A DNA stretch of 64,000 nt from a virus: IMG/VR virus record IMGVR_UViG_3300047476_001246; one strand, given 5' to 3'. Positions 10,311 to 20,716 of the stretch are shown here, piece by piece. The translations under genes and the position numbers were made by a program. The notes beneath the pieces are model-generated. The model saw only the letters and a list, made by a program, of their open reading frames with translations, was not told where the DNA came from and made no database searches. Numbering within the stretch: position 1 is the first letter of the stretch; each line of letters opens with the position of its first letter.

Positions 10311-10997
10311 ATGAATATTTATTGTAAATCCAATAACCCTTCTGGGTATTATGTCTACGCATACTTACGAAGTAAAACATCTAAAACTGCAAAAGCAGGA
10401 ACTCCGTACTATATCGGAAAAGGTAAAGGCAAGAGAGCTTGGGCACCTCACACAAATGTTCGGGTGCCAAAAGAAAGTGCTAACATAGTAATTTTGGAAC
10501 AAAATTTAACAGAACTTGGTGCATGGGCAATTGAGCGTAGAATGATCCGTTGGTATGGTCGCAAGTATTTGGGCGAAGGTATATTACAGAATCGACTCGA
10601 AGGTGGCGATGGTGGTGGTATGCCTGGCAAGCATAATGGTATGTTTGGTAAAACTCACACAGATGCCGTTAGAAAAATTTTATCAATAAATGCTAAAAAG
10701 CGGTTAACTGGCAAATCTTACGAAGAAATTCACGGCGTCGCCAAAGCAGAAACACTTAAACAGGATCGCTCATTGAAACTTAAAGAATACTTAAAACTGA
10801 ATCCTGAACTACGAAAAGGATCAAACAACAGTAATGCAAAATCATACGAATTCGTTTCGCCGGACAATACGGTGTATCAAGTACACGGAGAATTACGAAA
10901 ATTTTGTAAAGAACATCAACTCGAACTTACTGCAACTATTAATTTGTTAAAAGAAAGAAGAACTGAATACAAAGGCTGGCGTGCAAGATATTTGTAG
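10311..10997 (+). CDS. GIY-YIG (Seg-like) homing endonuclease with NUMOD3-type motif
   Basis: YYVYAYLR...PYYIGKG; GKHNGMFGKTHT; oriented against its neighbours. Confidence 0.8.
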   Translation: MNIYCKSNNPSGYYVYAYLRSKTSKTAKAGTPYYIGKGKGKRAWAPHTNVRVPKESANIVILEQNLTELGAWAIERRMIRWYGRKYLGEGILQNRLEGGDGGGMPGKHNGMFGKTHTDAVRKILSINAKKRLTGKSYEEIHGVAKAETLKQDRSLKLKEYLKLNPELRKGSNNSNAKSYEFVSPDNTVYQVHGELRKFCKEHQLELTATINLLKERRTEYKGWRARYL

Positions 10998-11010
10998 TCC
11001 TTCTTTGAGA

Positions 11011-11454
11011 TTATTTCCGTGCAAGTTGCTCTACTTTTTTGATTGCTTCTGGAGTAGTTTCTTCCAATTGTTCTTCCGCCACATCTTGCTCACCATGACG
11101 AATACTTCCGTCCTTCATCAACTTCAAATTGAGATTGTATTGTTTATTGTCGTGCTTGATTTTATTCATGCGACCTGCTTTGAAACCTTTGGCAAAGTAT
11201 TGTTTATAGATACCACCATGCTGACTATGCCAGTGGTTAATAGTCATTGCTCGTTCTAATGTAGCACCATCGGCAAGACTTACCCCTTTTGTGAAACCAT
11301 CTTCTTGTGCCATCTTGGCAATTTCTGGACTGAATCCTTCATCGTCATCGCCGCCGTTGAAACCATCTGGTGCAAATTCATTCAAGCCTTCTGCTACGCT
11401 TTTTTGGGCGTTTTCAATCAAATTGATATAATCACGAATAGATTTGTTGTTCAT
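11011..11454 (-). CDS. Hypothetical acidic protein, probably late
   Basis: ATAAATA promoter near 11473-11479 plus AGGAG RBS. Confidence 0.7.
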   Translation of the reverse strand: MNNKSIRDYINLIENAQKSVAEGLNEFAPDGFNGGDDDEGFSPEIAKMAQEDGFTKGVSLADGATLERAMTINHWHSQHGGIYKQYFAKGFKAGRMNKIKHDNKQYNLNLKLMKDGSIRHGEQDVAEEQLEETTPEAIKKVEQLARK

Positions 11455-11491
11455 TTTGGACTCCTATAGCAGTATTTATCTCAAAAATACA

Positions 11492-11773
11492 CTATTCAAC
11501 TCCGAAATGTTCTTTAATCTGATTAGATTTAGTTTCTACTGCCACTTGCCAACCTGTGTCAAAATATTCATCCTTGTCTAAACTGTACATTATTGTAGTG
11601 CCCGGTGGACGAGGATTATTATTTTCTACAATACTTAAACATTCACGAACAATCAACTCGGCGAATTTGTCTAAAAAGTTGACCTGAGTTTCCCAAGAGT
11701 TATTTTGTCCACTGGGATATGCGGCTGTAGATTCCGCTGCCTTGGACCAAAGTTCTCGAATTCGTTCGTTCAT
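11492..11773 (-). CDS. MNERI...HFGVE small paralog family protein
   Basis: Paralog of 8317..8556. Confidence 0.7.
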   Translation of the reverse strand: MNERIRELWSKAAESTAAYPSGQNNSWETQVNFLDKFAELIVRECLSIVENNNPRPPGTTIMYSLDKDEYFDTGWQVAVETKSNQIKEHFGVE

Positions 11774-12168
11774 ATCACATCCATTTCAAAATAAAAAGTT
11801 CCGCCGATACAGGATCGCGAAAGTAAAAGTCCATCCAGTTTTCTGTAGCATTGTAACACCATTCTTCTTGATTGCTGCCTGGTAATCCAAAGTGCTTAAA
11901 ACACCAAGAGGTTATGTCTTCCCAGATGGAAAAACTTTCGTCAAAACGAATGTATCTGCGAACTCTAGTCATTGCATCCATCGTAGTGCAAAGAATGTAG
12001 CATCTTCAGGATTGTCAAATTCAAATTCATAACGATCAGCCGGAAACTGATGCTGGACACCAAAGTATGTAATATGCCCTTTGGCCCAACAAATAGCATC
12101 GTATGCTCGGTTAGTAGGTATAGAGATTTTGTACATAGTGCTATTGTAGCAGAAACAGGATTTATGGT

Positions 12169-12537
12169 CTACTGCTTTCGAAGGATATCAAAAGTCTGTT
12201 GTTTTTCTAGCAACTTTCTTTCCAGCTCAACATACTGCATACGCAATTGGTGCAGTTCTTCCCAATCCTGCTCGAGCTTTTCGTTTGGTACCAAGATGGC
12301 CAAGCGTTCTTCAATCCGTGTAAGCGTTTCATCAATGCTGCGCCCTCGAACTCGCACATCACCCGCGAATTCAGCATCACCATTGACTTTGAGCTTGCTT
12401 TGTATGTCGGTCCACGCCGTATTAATAGATCGATTGTTGGCAATAGCGTATCCAGTGCCGGCGGTACCCGGCCCAGTACTTTGTACATAAAGATTTCCCG
12501 ACGCTGCTGTTGGTTTAAGTGGAATCGTTGTGGTCAT
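12169..12537 (-). CDS. Hypothetical protein with C-terminal coiled coil
   Basis: ORF track. Confidence 0.65.
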   Translation of the reverse strand: MTTTIPLKPTAASGNLYVQSTGPGTAGTGYAIANNRSINTAWTDIQSKLKVNGDAEFAGDVRVRGRSIDETLTRIEERLAILVPNEKLEQDWEELHQLRMQYVELERKLLEKQQTFDILRKQ

Positions 12538-12783
12538 TTAATTTTCACCGTACTGTCTCTTCTAATCCAATTTATTCTACGATGCGGATCAGATTCACGC
12601 CATACTCCAATAAATGGTTCACCGTCAATGTCCTTTTCGTACACTGTACTAGTGGTAAAAATTTCGTTGGTGCGAAGATTTTTTACTCGATAAATTTTTT
12701 CAGGTTTTCGCATGATATCACCTCGTGTTGTATTTTAGCAAATAAAGATTGTGCGGTCAATAAAAAACGGACCTGAGTCCGTT

Positions 12784-12945
12784 TTATTTGTTCTTTTGTT
12801 GGTACCGGTATTCTCTACGCAACCACCACCGGTATCTTACCCAATATTCTTTTAATGTGTAAGGCAGTTCTTGATGGTCCTCGTGTTCTCTACAATTTTC
12901 TAACCAGATAAGTCTCAACCAATTTTTAAAATTTGAATTAGGCAT
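12784..12945 (-). CDS. Small hypothetical protein (MPNSNFKNWLRLIWLENC...), 53 aa
   Basis: Read manually; GGGAG RBS; followed by terminator hairpin 12761-12785. Confidence 0.55.
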   Translation of the reverse strand: MPNSNFKNWLRLIWLENCREHEDHQELPYTLKEYWVRYRWWLRREYRYQQKNK

Positions 12946-12949
12946 CGCT

Positions 12950-13160
12950 GGCTCCCAGAATTGGTGTCGGGCTACTGATCCTCATCAGCCCCCAACTGAG
13001 TTGTTGCCCTGTCCCCTGACGGTCCTTATGGATTGTGCCAGCTAAACCTACGATTTTTCTTGCACTCCTATATGGAGCTCTGAGGCTATCATCGTATGAG
13101 CCCTGGCATTCTGGTGAAGCCAACATACCCCCTATTATTAACGAGTAGGGATCCCGAGGT
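12950..13160 (-). ncRNA. Putative structured ncRNA, copy 1 of the GGACAGGGCAACAACUC family
   Basis: GC-rich intergenic segment sharing a 17-nt exact core and a following helix with 24005..24200. Confidence 0.5.
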
Positions 13161-13401
13161 TCTATGCTAGGCGACCTAGGCCTTGGTATATTAGTTTGTC
13201 TAGTTCTGTTTGATAGTCTTGACCTGTTCTACGTTTTTCATATAGAGCAGTTAGTAAATCTTTGATGTCAAACTCATCTTCGATGGTGTGTCCACGTGAT
13301 TCAAGTTCAACGATCAAATCATCTGTGTCAAAGTCTTCAAGATCGACTTCAACTTCAACTTCTTGATATACAGTTCTAGATACCATTATACTCTCTTTAA
13401 T

Positions 13402-13477
13402 TGGTTGCGGGAGGAGGAATCGAACCTACCATCTGAGAGCTTATGAGACTCCCGTGCGACCACTACACTTTCCCGCG
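13402..13477 (-). tRNA. tRNA-Met(CAU), initiator-like
   Basis: Cloverleaf, loop CUCAUAA, C1:A72 mismatch, encoded CCA. Confidence 0.9.
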
Positions 13478-13873
13478 ATTGATCTGTTGGGGCTTATCGT
13501 CCCCGGATGTCCGTACCTTAGAGCGTCCTCTAAGTTCACTAGTAAATTCTAGCCATATCAACAACTACAGACCGGACTATTCTTTATTTAAATCGTTTTA
13601 GGATTTGTTTAATCTTCCATTTGATGTAATAAGGTATTTCACGCAATGGAATAGCAAACATTACACACTCCTATTTTCTCTACGGAAAGTCAAGTATTCA
13701 TCAAACGCCACTGCCACCCAGCCGCAGAAAGCCATGAAATAACCACTAATGGCCATACTGTTATTGGCACCATACGCTGCTACTATATTTAGAATACACA
13801 TCAGTACAATCACAAATGGCAGACCTACTCGAACATATTTCAACATTTCAAACTCCTTGAAAATAAAAAGTTT

Positions 13874-13947
13874 TGGCTCCGGTGGAGGGAATCGAACCCC
13901 CACTAACGGTTTTGGAGACCGTCGCACTGCCATTATACTACACCGGA
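13874..13947 (-). tRNA. tRNA-Trp(CCA)
   Basis: Loop CUCCAAA; CCA end. Confidence 0.93.
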
Positions 13948-14305
13948 ACGGATCATTTGTTATCGTTATTAACGATATTGCTCAACATTGTTTCGCGTCG
14001 TTCTTGCATTTCGCGAACTGTTTCTTCGTTTTCTAACTGACTCAAATTGATAGAATATATAACCCAGACGCCACCAGCAAAAAACGATAACACAAACAGA
14101 TTAAAAAGTGTATCTGCATCCAACTGAAATAATGCTACTAACACAATCGGGATCATGGTAGCAATAGCTAGCATCCCGGCGGTACGACCTGCTGCACGAA
14201 CTTTGATATTCATCGACAACTCCTACTTAGTTAATATACTTCATATTATACTTGAAGTGCTATTTTCTGTCAACCACTGATTTTTTGTTGCTATTTTGTT
14301 AACTT

Positions 14306-14395
14306 TGGCGGAAGCGGTGAGATTCGAACTCACGGTACCTTTCGGTACGTCTGTTTTCAAGACAGGTGCAATCAGCCAGGCTCTGCCACACTTCC
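14306..14395 (-). tRNA. tRNA-Ser(UGA)
   Basis: Loop CUUGAAA; long variable arm; G73. Confidence 0.93.
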
Positions 14396-14752
14396 GTATA
14401 ACTTACCGTGTTCTTCTCTATGACAATTTGAGCATAAAAGAACACATTTATCTAGTTCAGCAAAAAGTTTTTCTCGCTTGAACTTTCTTAAACCTTTAGG
14501 ATCTTTTTGCTTAGGATCCTTATGATGAAACTCTAATGCGCCGCGATACTTGTTATATCCGCAATGCTCGCATTTTCCGCCTTTATAGGCTAATGCCTCA
14601 TCTCTTACTTGTAATCTATATTGTTCTTGCTGTATTCCAAAACAAGAATAACATTGACTTTTCATTTTGCCATAAAACTTTTTGGGATCTTGTTCTCCAC
14701 AAGTTTCGCAATGATGTAATTTTTTAACAATACCTTTTAATGGCGAGCCCAT
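14372..14752 (-). CDS. HNH homing endonuclease inserted at tRNA-Ser
   Basis: CEHCG...LEFHH.DP...CVLLCSNCHREEH; own AGGAG RBS and ATAAATA; flanked by a 15-bp repeat of the tRNA-Ser 5' end. Confidence 0.85.
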   Translation of the reverse strand: MGSPLKGIVKKLHHCETCGEQDPKKFYGKMKSQCYSCFGIQQEQYRLQVRDEALAYKGGKCEHCGYNKYRGALEFHHKDPKQKDPKGLRKFKREKLFAELDKCVLLCSNCHREEHGKLYGSVAEPG

Positions 14753-14796
14753 AAGTTTAATCTCCTTAAACTTATTTATCATTTTATTGTAAATTA

Positions 14797-14823
14797 TAAT
14801 AAACCGGACTCTGCCACACTTCC
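14797..14823 (-). pseudogene. Orphan 5' fragment of tRNA-Ser (acceptor 5' strand plus part of D-arm)
   Basis: GGAAGTGTGGCAGAG at 14809-14823 is identical to 14381-14395. Confidence 0.75.
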
Positions 14824-15074
14824 AAATTACTTGGACCAGGTCATAACAAACAATGTTCGATCCTGATCCCACTTAAATGCTACGCCGATATTATAGAGAA
14901 TGCTACAGTCATCGTAGGCCCAAGTTGCATATCTTGCTCCTACGCACTGTTTTAACCAATCCTCTACAGTAATTAAACTTTTGACCCAATCAATTTGACA
15001 AGAATCAAAATTGGGCCACGGGATAGTTGCATGATATTGGAATTTGTGCCAATCCACTAACATGCAAATATTTA

Positions 15075-15152
15075 TGGAGCATCGAGCTGGATTCGAACCA
15101 GCGGCTTTAGAGTTTTGCAGACTCTTGCATTGGGCCACTCTGCCATCGATGC
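15075..15152 (-). tRNA. tRNA-Cys(GCA)
   Basis: Loop CUGCAAA; U73. Confidence 0.93.
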
Positions 15153-15159
15153 ATAATAC

Positions 15160-15234
15160 TGGTCCGGCGTGAGGGAATCGAACCCCCATTAAGAGTTTAG
15201 AAGACTCCTGTCCTATCCGTTGAACGAACGCCAG
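15160..15234 (-). tRNA. tRNA-Arg(UCU)
   Basis: Loop CUUCUAA. Confidence 0.92.
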
Positions 15235-15241
15235 TATTACT

Positions 15242-15319
15242 TGGTGGGCCTTGTTGGAGTCGAACCAACTACCACCCGATTATGAGTCGGATGCTCTAAC
15301 CACCGTGAGCTAAAGGCCC
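15242..15319 (-). tRNA. tRNA-CAU, probably Ile2 (lysidine type)
   Basis: Loop CUCAUAA; GGGCCUU acceptor resembles Ile2 bodies. Confidence 0.85.
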
Positions 15320-15327
15320 TACAAACT

Positions 15328-15410
15328 TGGTACCCGAGGCCGGACTCGAACCGGCACGCCATAAGCGGGAGATTTTAAGTCTCCTGTGTCTACCATTCCA
15401 CCACTCGGGC
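15328..15410 (-). tRNA. tRNA-Leu(UAA)
   Basis: Loop CUUAAAA; variable arm. Confidence 0.93.
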
Positions 15411-15419
15411 ATTCTAAAC

Positions 15420-15496
15420 TGGTCGGAGATGCAGGGATCGAACCTGCGACCTCTCGCTCCCAAAGCGAGCGCACTACCAGGCTGTGCTAATCTCCG
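15420..15496 (-). tRNA. tRNA-Pro(UGG)
   Basis: Loop UUUGGGA; C1-G72. Confidence 0.93.
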
Positions 15497-15738
15497 TTTT
15501 AATCTTCTTCATCACTTGCATTAAAATATGCAATTATTTTACTACGAGCTTCATCTTCTGTCAAGGCCGGAATAGTCACAGTAGCCAGTCCGTTCTTGAT
15601 TTTTATATCAAATGGAACTACTCCACGCGGCAACCACCCATCTTCAACGGGTACAGTAATGGTAAACTCCTTCAAGTTCATCATTCTTTCTATGGCTCGT
15701 TGTGCTAAATCACTTGGATGTGGCATAATAAAATCCTT

Positions 15739-15812
15739 TGGTGCCCTTTGACAGAATCGAACTGCCAATAGATGATTACAAATCAACTGTTATACCATTT
15801 AACTAAAAGGGC
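15739..15812 (-). tRNA. tRNA-Thr(UGU)
   Basis: Loop UUUGUAA. Confidence 0.92.
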
Positions 15813-15819
15813 AAAAACT

Positions 15820-15911
15820 TGGCGGAGCGTATTGGATTCGAACCAATGATACCCTTATGAGGTATGCTTTCTTAGCAGGAAAGTGCCTTCGACCAACTCG
15901 GCCAACGCTCC
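15820..15911 (-). tRNA. tRNA-Ser(GCU)
   Basis: Loop CUGCUAA; long variable arm. Confidence 0.93.
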
Positions 15912-15954
15912 AGTAATCTTACTTATTAAGTATATTATACAGCATTGCTTCTTT

Positions 15955-16626
15955 TCAAGCAACTATTTTTTTACGTATTGTAGTCCAAAGTTGATCAATT
16001 TGATTGGCATAATCAGCTTCTTCAGGAACTACATCTACAAATTCTCCATATCTAGCCCCCGTAAAGTTTTTTTCAACTCGAGTAAAGGGCAACTCTTCTT
16101 CTAACATTTTTCCTCGAAAACGGTCATAGGCTTGATTAAAAACCGACGTCCATAATTCTAATCCTCGACCTGCTGCAATGTTTATACCAAGTTCGGGTAT
16201 GGCAAAATGATGATCCCACAATGCAGTCCAATCATCATTGATGTTGTTGATATAATCAACTACTCTTTTGGTCAAAACAAATGCATCAGATTCGATGTTT
16301 ACAATTTTATCAAAATTGTATTTTGCAGCATAATCTGTTGCTGTTTGCATACTTCTAAACAAACCTGGATACTCAAACGGTGCCGGGGATCCGAGGTTAT
16401 CATTGTGATGAAACAGTACAACATTGTGATTGGGCTGCACATCAGGTAAATCGTAAATCACTTCGCAATCAATATCCAGCGGTAGCGTTGGTGAACCATC
16501 GTCGACTATAAGTATTTGATCAAACTCTAATCCTACGGTACTGTGATAGTCCAACCAACGCTTCCATCTGTGGTTCCATAGTCCTTGCGAATCAGCAAAG
16601 CTAGCACAAAATAGCAAGGTCTTCAT
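15955..16626 (-). CDS. Glycosyltransferase-like (GT-A) hypothetical protein
   Basis: ILIVDDGS and IESD (DxD-like) motifs. Confidence 0.6.
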   Translation of the reverse strand: MKTLLFCASFADSQGLWNHRWKRWLDYHSTVGLEFDQILIVDDGSPTLPLDIDCEVIYDLPDVQPNHNVVLFHHNDNLGSPAPFEYPGLFRSMQTATDYAAKYNFDKIVNIESDAFVLTKRVVDYINNINDDWTALWDHHFAIPELGINIAAGRGLELWTSVFNQAYDRFRGKMLEEELPFTRVEKNFTGARYGEFVDVVPEEADYANQIDQLWTTIRKKIVA

Positions 16627-17228
16627 TACATTGCAGGACCATTGCCATTGCGAAAACCTACTGTACCACCTTCGGCTTCGATACGCTTGATAACATCTTC
16701 AAACAAGATAGGTGCAAAGTCTGTCTGTTCAACGCAGACGCAATGATAGCGAGGGTCAATCTTTTCTTTTACTCCCCACTCCACGAACTCTGCGGTAGAA
16801 CTGGCTCGACGCATTACACGGTTAGCATGCAAGTGTCCGTGAATGTTAACACCAAACCTACCAAGGCTGTCCTCATGAATAGGAATATGACTTAAAATCA
16901 TTCCGTTCATGACATGATATGCCCGAAGCTCACGAAAATACTTGCGGTACTCGTCGTCGCGGAAGATGTCGTGGTTGCCTCTAATTAACACTTTGTCGCC
17001 GTTTAAACGACTCAATGTTTCAAGGCTTCGACGATTGATAACAACATCGCCCAGGTGGTAAACTTTATCATTGGGTCTAACACGCTCGTTCCATGCTGCT
17101 ACCATAAACTCATCCATTTCCTCCGGGCTCTCCCAAGGGCGCAGTTTCGTCACTCCATCGTTCCGCATAAAGCGGCAAACACCAGCGTGACCAAAATGCG
17201 TGTCACTGACTAAAAACACTGCTGGCAT
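16626..17228 (-). CDS. Calcineurin-like metallophosphoesterase
   Basis: SDTHFGH, HLGDV, GNHD, SHIP, HGHLH; start at MPAVF with GGAG RBS. Confidence 0.92.
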   Translation of the reverse strand: MPAVFLVSDTHFGHAGVCRFMRNDGVTKLRPWESPEEMDEFMVAAWNERVRPNDKVYHLGDVVINRRSLETLSRLNGDKVLIRGNHDIFRDDEYRKYFRELRAYHVMNGMILSHIPIHEDSLGRFGVNIHGHLHANRVMRRASSTAEFVEWGVKEKIDPRYHCVCVEQTDFAPILFEDVIKRIEAEGGTVGFRNGNGPAM

Positions 17229-17241
17229 TTGGTTCTCCTTA

Positions 17242-17670
17242 TTAAAAATCTTCGCGAACTTCGCGAAACGAAGTAGGGTCTGCATCCGGGTTAGTATCGA
17301 CTTCAAAAGATCCACCGTAATAGCCGTTGTGGCTATTACGCACTTCAAAGTCAATATATCCGCGATCAGTTTTCAAAGTAAAGAAACCATCTTGGATAAC
17401 GTCCCATTCGTCCTCATCAGTTCGATTTTCGCCCCAACCTTTATCTTCTGCTCCGGTCACTAGTGCTCCACGCAGGATGTCAAAAGTATTACCTTCTCCT
17501 AGCACATTCACACCAGTCATGTGATTGATCCACACAGTATTGCAACAGTCTCCAGAAGTGTAGTAATGAAATTCCTGACCGTTGATTGTACGCACAATCA
17601 ACCGGTTATTGTCGTCATTCAGGAGAATGCTGTTAATACGCTCCCCTACTAAATTTTTAAACACGCTCAC
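17242..17670 (-). CDS. Phage hypothetical protein (DCC...NGYYGG)
   Basis: ORF with GGAGG RBS. Confidence 0.7.
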   Translation of the reverse strand: MSVFKNLVGERINSILLNDDNNRLIVRTINGQEFHYYTSGDCCNTVWINHMTGVNVLGEGNTFDILRGALVTGAEDKGWGENRTDEDEWDVIQDGFFTLKTDRGYIDFEVRNSHNGYYGGSFEVDTNPDADPTSFREVREDF

Positions 17671-17684
17671 AGCACCCTCCTTTC

Positions 17685-17972
17685 TTATATATCAGCTATT
17701 TGCACTTTTAATATTGCAGCGGTTAAGTCTGCTTCATTTTTTACACCGATCCAATAGGTCGGACGATCACGCCGTGGTTGTTTGTAATAGCCCCATGGGG
17801 CGTCTTGATAGACTCTTTTCCACCATATGTTCCATGGTTGAACTCCGCTGTACATCTCCGACAATGCTCGCTTTACGGCATCGGACTCTCGGCCTTCTTT
17901 GTTGAATCTAAGGGCATGAGTAAAGCCGTATTGTGCTAATACATACCTACGATTCAATTTAATTACTTTCAT
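17685..17972 (-). CDS. Hypothetical protein, close paralog of 20092..20379
   Basis: Shared RRYVLAQYGFTHALRFN...PWGYYKQPRRDRPTYWIGVKNEADLTAAIL. Confidence 0.75.
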   Translation of the reverse strand: MKVIKLNRRYVLAQYGFTHALRFNKEGRESDAVKRALSEMYSGVQPWNIWWKRVYQDAPWGYYKQPRRDRPTYWIGVKNEADLTAAILKVQIADI

Positions 17973-17974
17973 TA

Positions 17975-18289
17975 TTATGATACTACCAACTCTTTAGCCG
18001 GGTATTCAATCTTGCCTTCATACTCGAGCTGGCTGCGCTCAAACTCGGTCAGGTAATCGTCTTCAACAACTTCCCAAGCCAGAATATGTTCGCGATAGTA
18101 GCCACCATTTCTTTCGATCTGCGGAGCCACTTGATCAACTAATTCTGCTGCAACACCGACATTGATGTTTTTAACCACATATTCGCAACCGCCCTTGGCT
18201 TTCCAATACTCAGGAACTTGGCCTTCACCGTCCCAATCATGGGCACCGTAGTTTTCGTAGACTTGGGTAATAATAAGCAGTTTAGACAT
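17975..18289 (-). CDS. Phage hypothetical protein (TQVYENYGAHDWDG...YWKAKGG)
   Basis: ORF with AGGAG RBS. Confidence 0.75.
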   Translation of the reverse strand: MSKLLIITQVYENYGAHDWDGEGQVPEYWKAKGGCEYVVKNINVGVAAELVDQVAPQIERNGGYYREHILAWEVVEDDYLTEFERSQLEYEGKIEYPAKELVVS

Positions 18290-18477
18290 TTCGGCGCTCC
18301 TGATTAGATATTAAACCAATTCAACAAGTCATCTTCAACTTGCAAAAAACCAGCAGTATAACCAGCACCTACCCAATATTTGATTGAACGATATCGACGA
18401 CCGTCTTGTCCAATCCAGGAATCGCTAATAATTGGTGCTCGTTTCATTCGCTGCTCCTTGTCGTTCACTATACATAC

Positions 18478-18506
18478 ATTATAGCAAAATGGGTCTTTTT
18501 GGTCTA
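18478..18506 (-). promoter_or_regulatory. Sigma70-type early promoter, representative of a repeated family
   Basis: TAGACC-17-TATAAT with extended TG; related copies at 46267-46295, 47823-47851, about 18761, 41098, 51876, 52254, 61790. Confidence 0.75.
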
Positions 18507-18829
18507 CCAAAATACGTGTTGCTATTCAAGCAACAAAATCGTACACATAATTGGCGCCAACTTTACTAGGCTTTACCTTAAAGTCAAACTCGCGGCACAG
18601 AGTAGAAAACACACGACGGGCGGTGTTTTCGGTCACATCTTCAAGAAACAAGGAGCCGTTGTAAAATTCAGCACGGCCTTCGTTAAGCACTGGGGAGATT
18701 AGGTCAAGTACTCGGGATTCGAATGCCATTTTGCTACTCCTTGTTAATTACTATACTTGTATTATAGCAAAATGGCAATTTATGAGCAACCAAAATGTTT
18801 TGTTGCTAAAAAGCAACAAATGTTGCATT

Positions 18830-19429
18830 TTATGTAATACTTGCTCTATTAGCAACAACTTGGTCTGCTAGGCCGTATGCAACCGCTTGTTCGGCGCTCA
18901 TAAAGTAATCACGCTCCATGTCTTCGCGCAGTTCATCATAGGTCTTGCCTACGCTGTTGTGCTTGACATAGATACCAGTAAGGTTGCGCTTCATCTCCAG
19001 GATCTCACGCACTTGGATTTCCATGTCTGTGGCTTGACCTCGAGCACCACCACTTGGTTGGTGAATCATGTGTCTAGCATTGGGCAGAATAAAACGCTTG
19101 CCTGCTGCACCTGCTTGTGCCAACAGCGAACCCATTGAGCAGGCTTGTCCCATCACAATAGTATTCACATCTGGTCGAATGAACTGCATAGCATCATAAA
19201 TTGCCATGCCAGCTGTCACTGATCCACCTGGGCTATTGATCCATAGGTTAATATCCCGATCCGGATCTTCACTTTCAAGATACAGCAATTGTGCAACAAT
19301 CAAATTGGCCATTTGATCATGTACTTCTCCCTCTAGTAGGACCACACGCTCTTTTAGCAATCTGCTATAGATATCATAGCTACGTTCGCCTTTACTAGTT
19401 TGTTCTACAACCATGGGCACTAATGGCAA
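18830..19429 (-). CDS. clpP: ATP-dependent Clp protease proteolytic subunit
   Basis: [36 protein letters not shown]. Confidence 0.98.
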   Translation of the reverse strand: MPLVPMVVEQTSKGERSYDIYSRLLKERVVLLEGEVHDQMANLIVAQLLYLESEDPDRDINLWINSPGGSVTAGMAIYDAMQFIRPDVNTIVMGQACSMGSLLAQAGAAGKRFILPNARHMIHQPSGGARGQATDMEIQVREILEMKRNLTGIYVKHNSVGKTYDELREDMERDYFMSAEQAVAYGLADQVVANRASIT

Positions 19430-19446
19430 TTTATTCTCCTTGATAA

Positions 19447-19899
19447 TTATGGATTTACTACAAATTCAGTTAACTCTAATACACCTAGATCTTCAAAATA
19501 ACCCGATGCTGGGCTTGATACTTTTACTAACTTGCCTGTGTCTGAGTAAAACTCTACAGTGTATGCGTCGCAGGCATTCTCTTCCCAAATTTTTCTAGCA
19601 GCTTCGGCAGCACCACGATCTCGAAATACCCACAGTATTTCACCTCGTCCGGTTTCGTGTCCAAATGTGTCGCCGGTACGATAAGTCATCCAAAGAACAT
19701 ACACACGGTCGCCTGGGCCCACGTCAAAGTCTGTGGTAAATTCTTCAATATCGTATCCGAGACCCTGCCAACCAGCTAAAGTTGATAGCCCGACTGAGCG
19801 AACATCGTATTCCCATTCACGGTGCCAATCACCGTATTCTTCGCCATCCCAGTAATCTTCCAAACATCGCTCATGATAGTTTACATACAGCTTCATCAC
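19447..19899 (-). CDS. Hypothetical protein
   Basis: ORF track. Confidence 0.65.
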   Translation of the reverse strand: MMKLYVNYHERCLEDYWDGEEYGDWHREWEYDVRSVGLSTLAGWQGLGYDIEEFTTDFDVGPGDRVYVLWMTYRTGDTFGHETGRGEILWVFRDRGAAEAARKIWEENACDAYTVEFYSDTGKLVKVSSPASGYFEDLGVLELTEFVVNP

Positions 19900-20091
19900 A
19901 ATCTCCGTTTTTTCCAGTTATAATCTGGACCTACATCAGCTACACCCATTTTAGTTGCATTGTCTGGCAATTCGCTACACATAGTCACAAACTGTCTACC
20001 GCTATTACGCAAGTCTTGGCAGTAATCGAGTGCTTCTGTCATGATAGGAAATTCTTTGCCATACGATTGTTCACCGTAGGTCCAGTACACT

Positions 20092-20379
20092 TTAAACATC
20101 GTTCATCTGCGCCATTAATATTGCAGCAGTTAAGTCTGCTTCGTTTTTTACACCGATCCAATAAGTAGGACGATCCCGGCGCGGCTGTTTGTAATAGCCC
20201 CATGGTGCCGTTTGATTGGCCCATTTCCACCAGATGTTCCATGGCGAAACACCACTGTACATTTGAGTTAATGCTTTTTTTACGGAATCAGACTCTCGAC
20301 ATTCGTTGTTAAATCGAAGGGCATGTGTAAAGCCGTATTGCGCTAACACGTATCTGCGAGTTAATTTTACAACTTTCAT
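20092..20379 (-). CDS. Hypothetical protein, paralog of 17685..17972
   Basis: Start re-assigned to MKVVKL with GGAGG RBS. Confidence 0.75.
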   Translation of the reverse strand: MKVVKLTRRYVLAQYGFTHALRFNNECRESDSVKKALTQMYSGVSPWNIWWKWANQTAPWGYYKQPRRDRPTYWIGVKNEADLTAAILMAQMNDV

Positions 20380-20458
20380 CACACCCTCCTTTCTAGTATA
20401 ATAACAAAATGGTTCTTTACGGGCAAGAAAAATGCCCATAATGGGCATTTTAAAAACA

Positions 20459-20533
20459 TGGAGCGGGTGACAGGGATCGAACCTGCGACGAACAGCTTGG
20501 AAGGCTGACACTCTACCACTGAGTTACACCCGC
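20459..20533 (-). tRNA. tRNA-Gly(UCC)
   Basis: Loop CUUCCAA. Confidence 0.94.
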
Positions 20534-20543
20534 ATTTGAAACT

Positions 20544-20618
20544 TGGCGGTCCCAAGGGGGATCGAACCCCTGTGTCCGGATAGACAGTCCAGCATAATGA
20601 CCATTATATGATGGGACC
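20544..20618 (-). tRNA. tRNA-Asp(GUC)
   Basis: Loop CUGUCUA; G73. Confidence 0.9.
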
Positions 20619-20623
20619 TTGTT

Positions 20624-20700
20624 TGGCTGACCAGGTAGGGCTCGAACCTACGACATTCTGATTAACAGTCAGACGCAACTACCAACTGTGCTACTGGTCA
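20624..20700 (-). tRNA. tRNA-Asn(GUU)
   Basis: Loop CUGUUAA. Confidence 0.93.
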
Positions 20701-20716
20701 ATAAAACTTATAAATC

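Noticed and set aside
10119-10997. Group I intron explaining the split phosphoesterase and adjacent endonuclease
   Set aside because: The gap is only 10 nt and the endonuclease lies outside the gene on the opposite strand
12938-13126. 62-aa ORF, and a hammerhead-like CUGAUGA
   Set aside because: The ORF overlaps a repeated RNA motif; CUGAUGA sits in a simple hairpin with no GAAA partner
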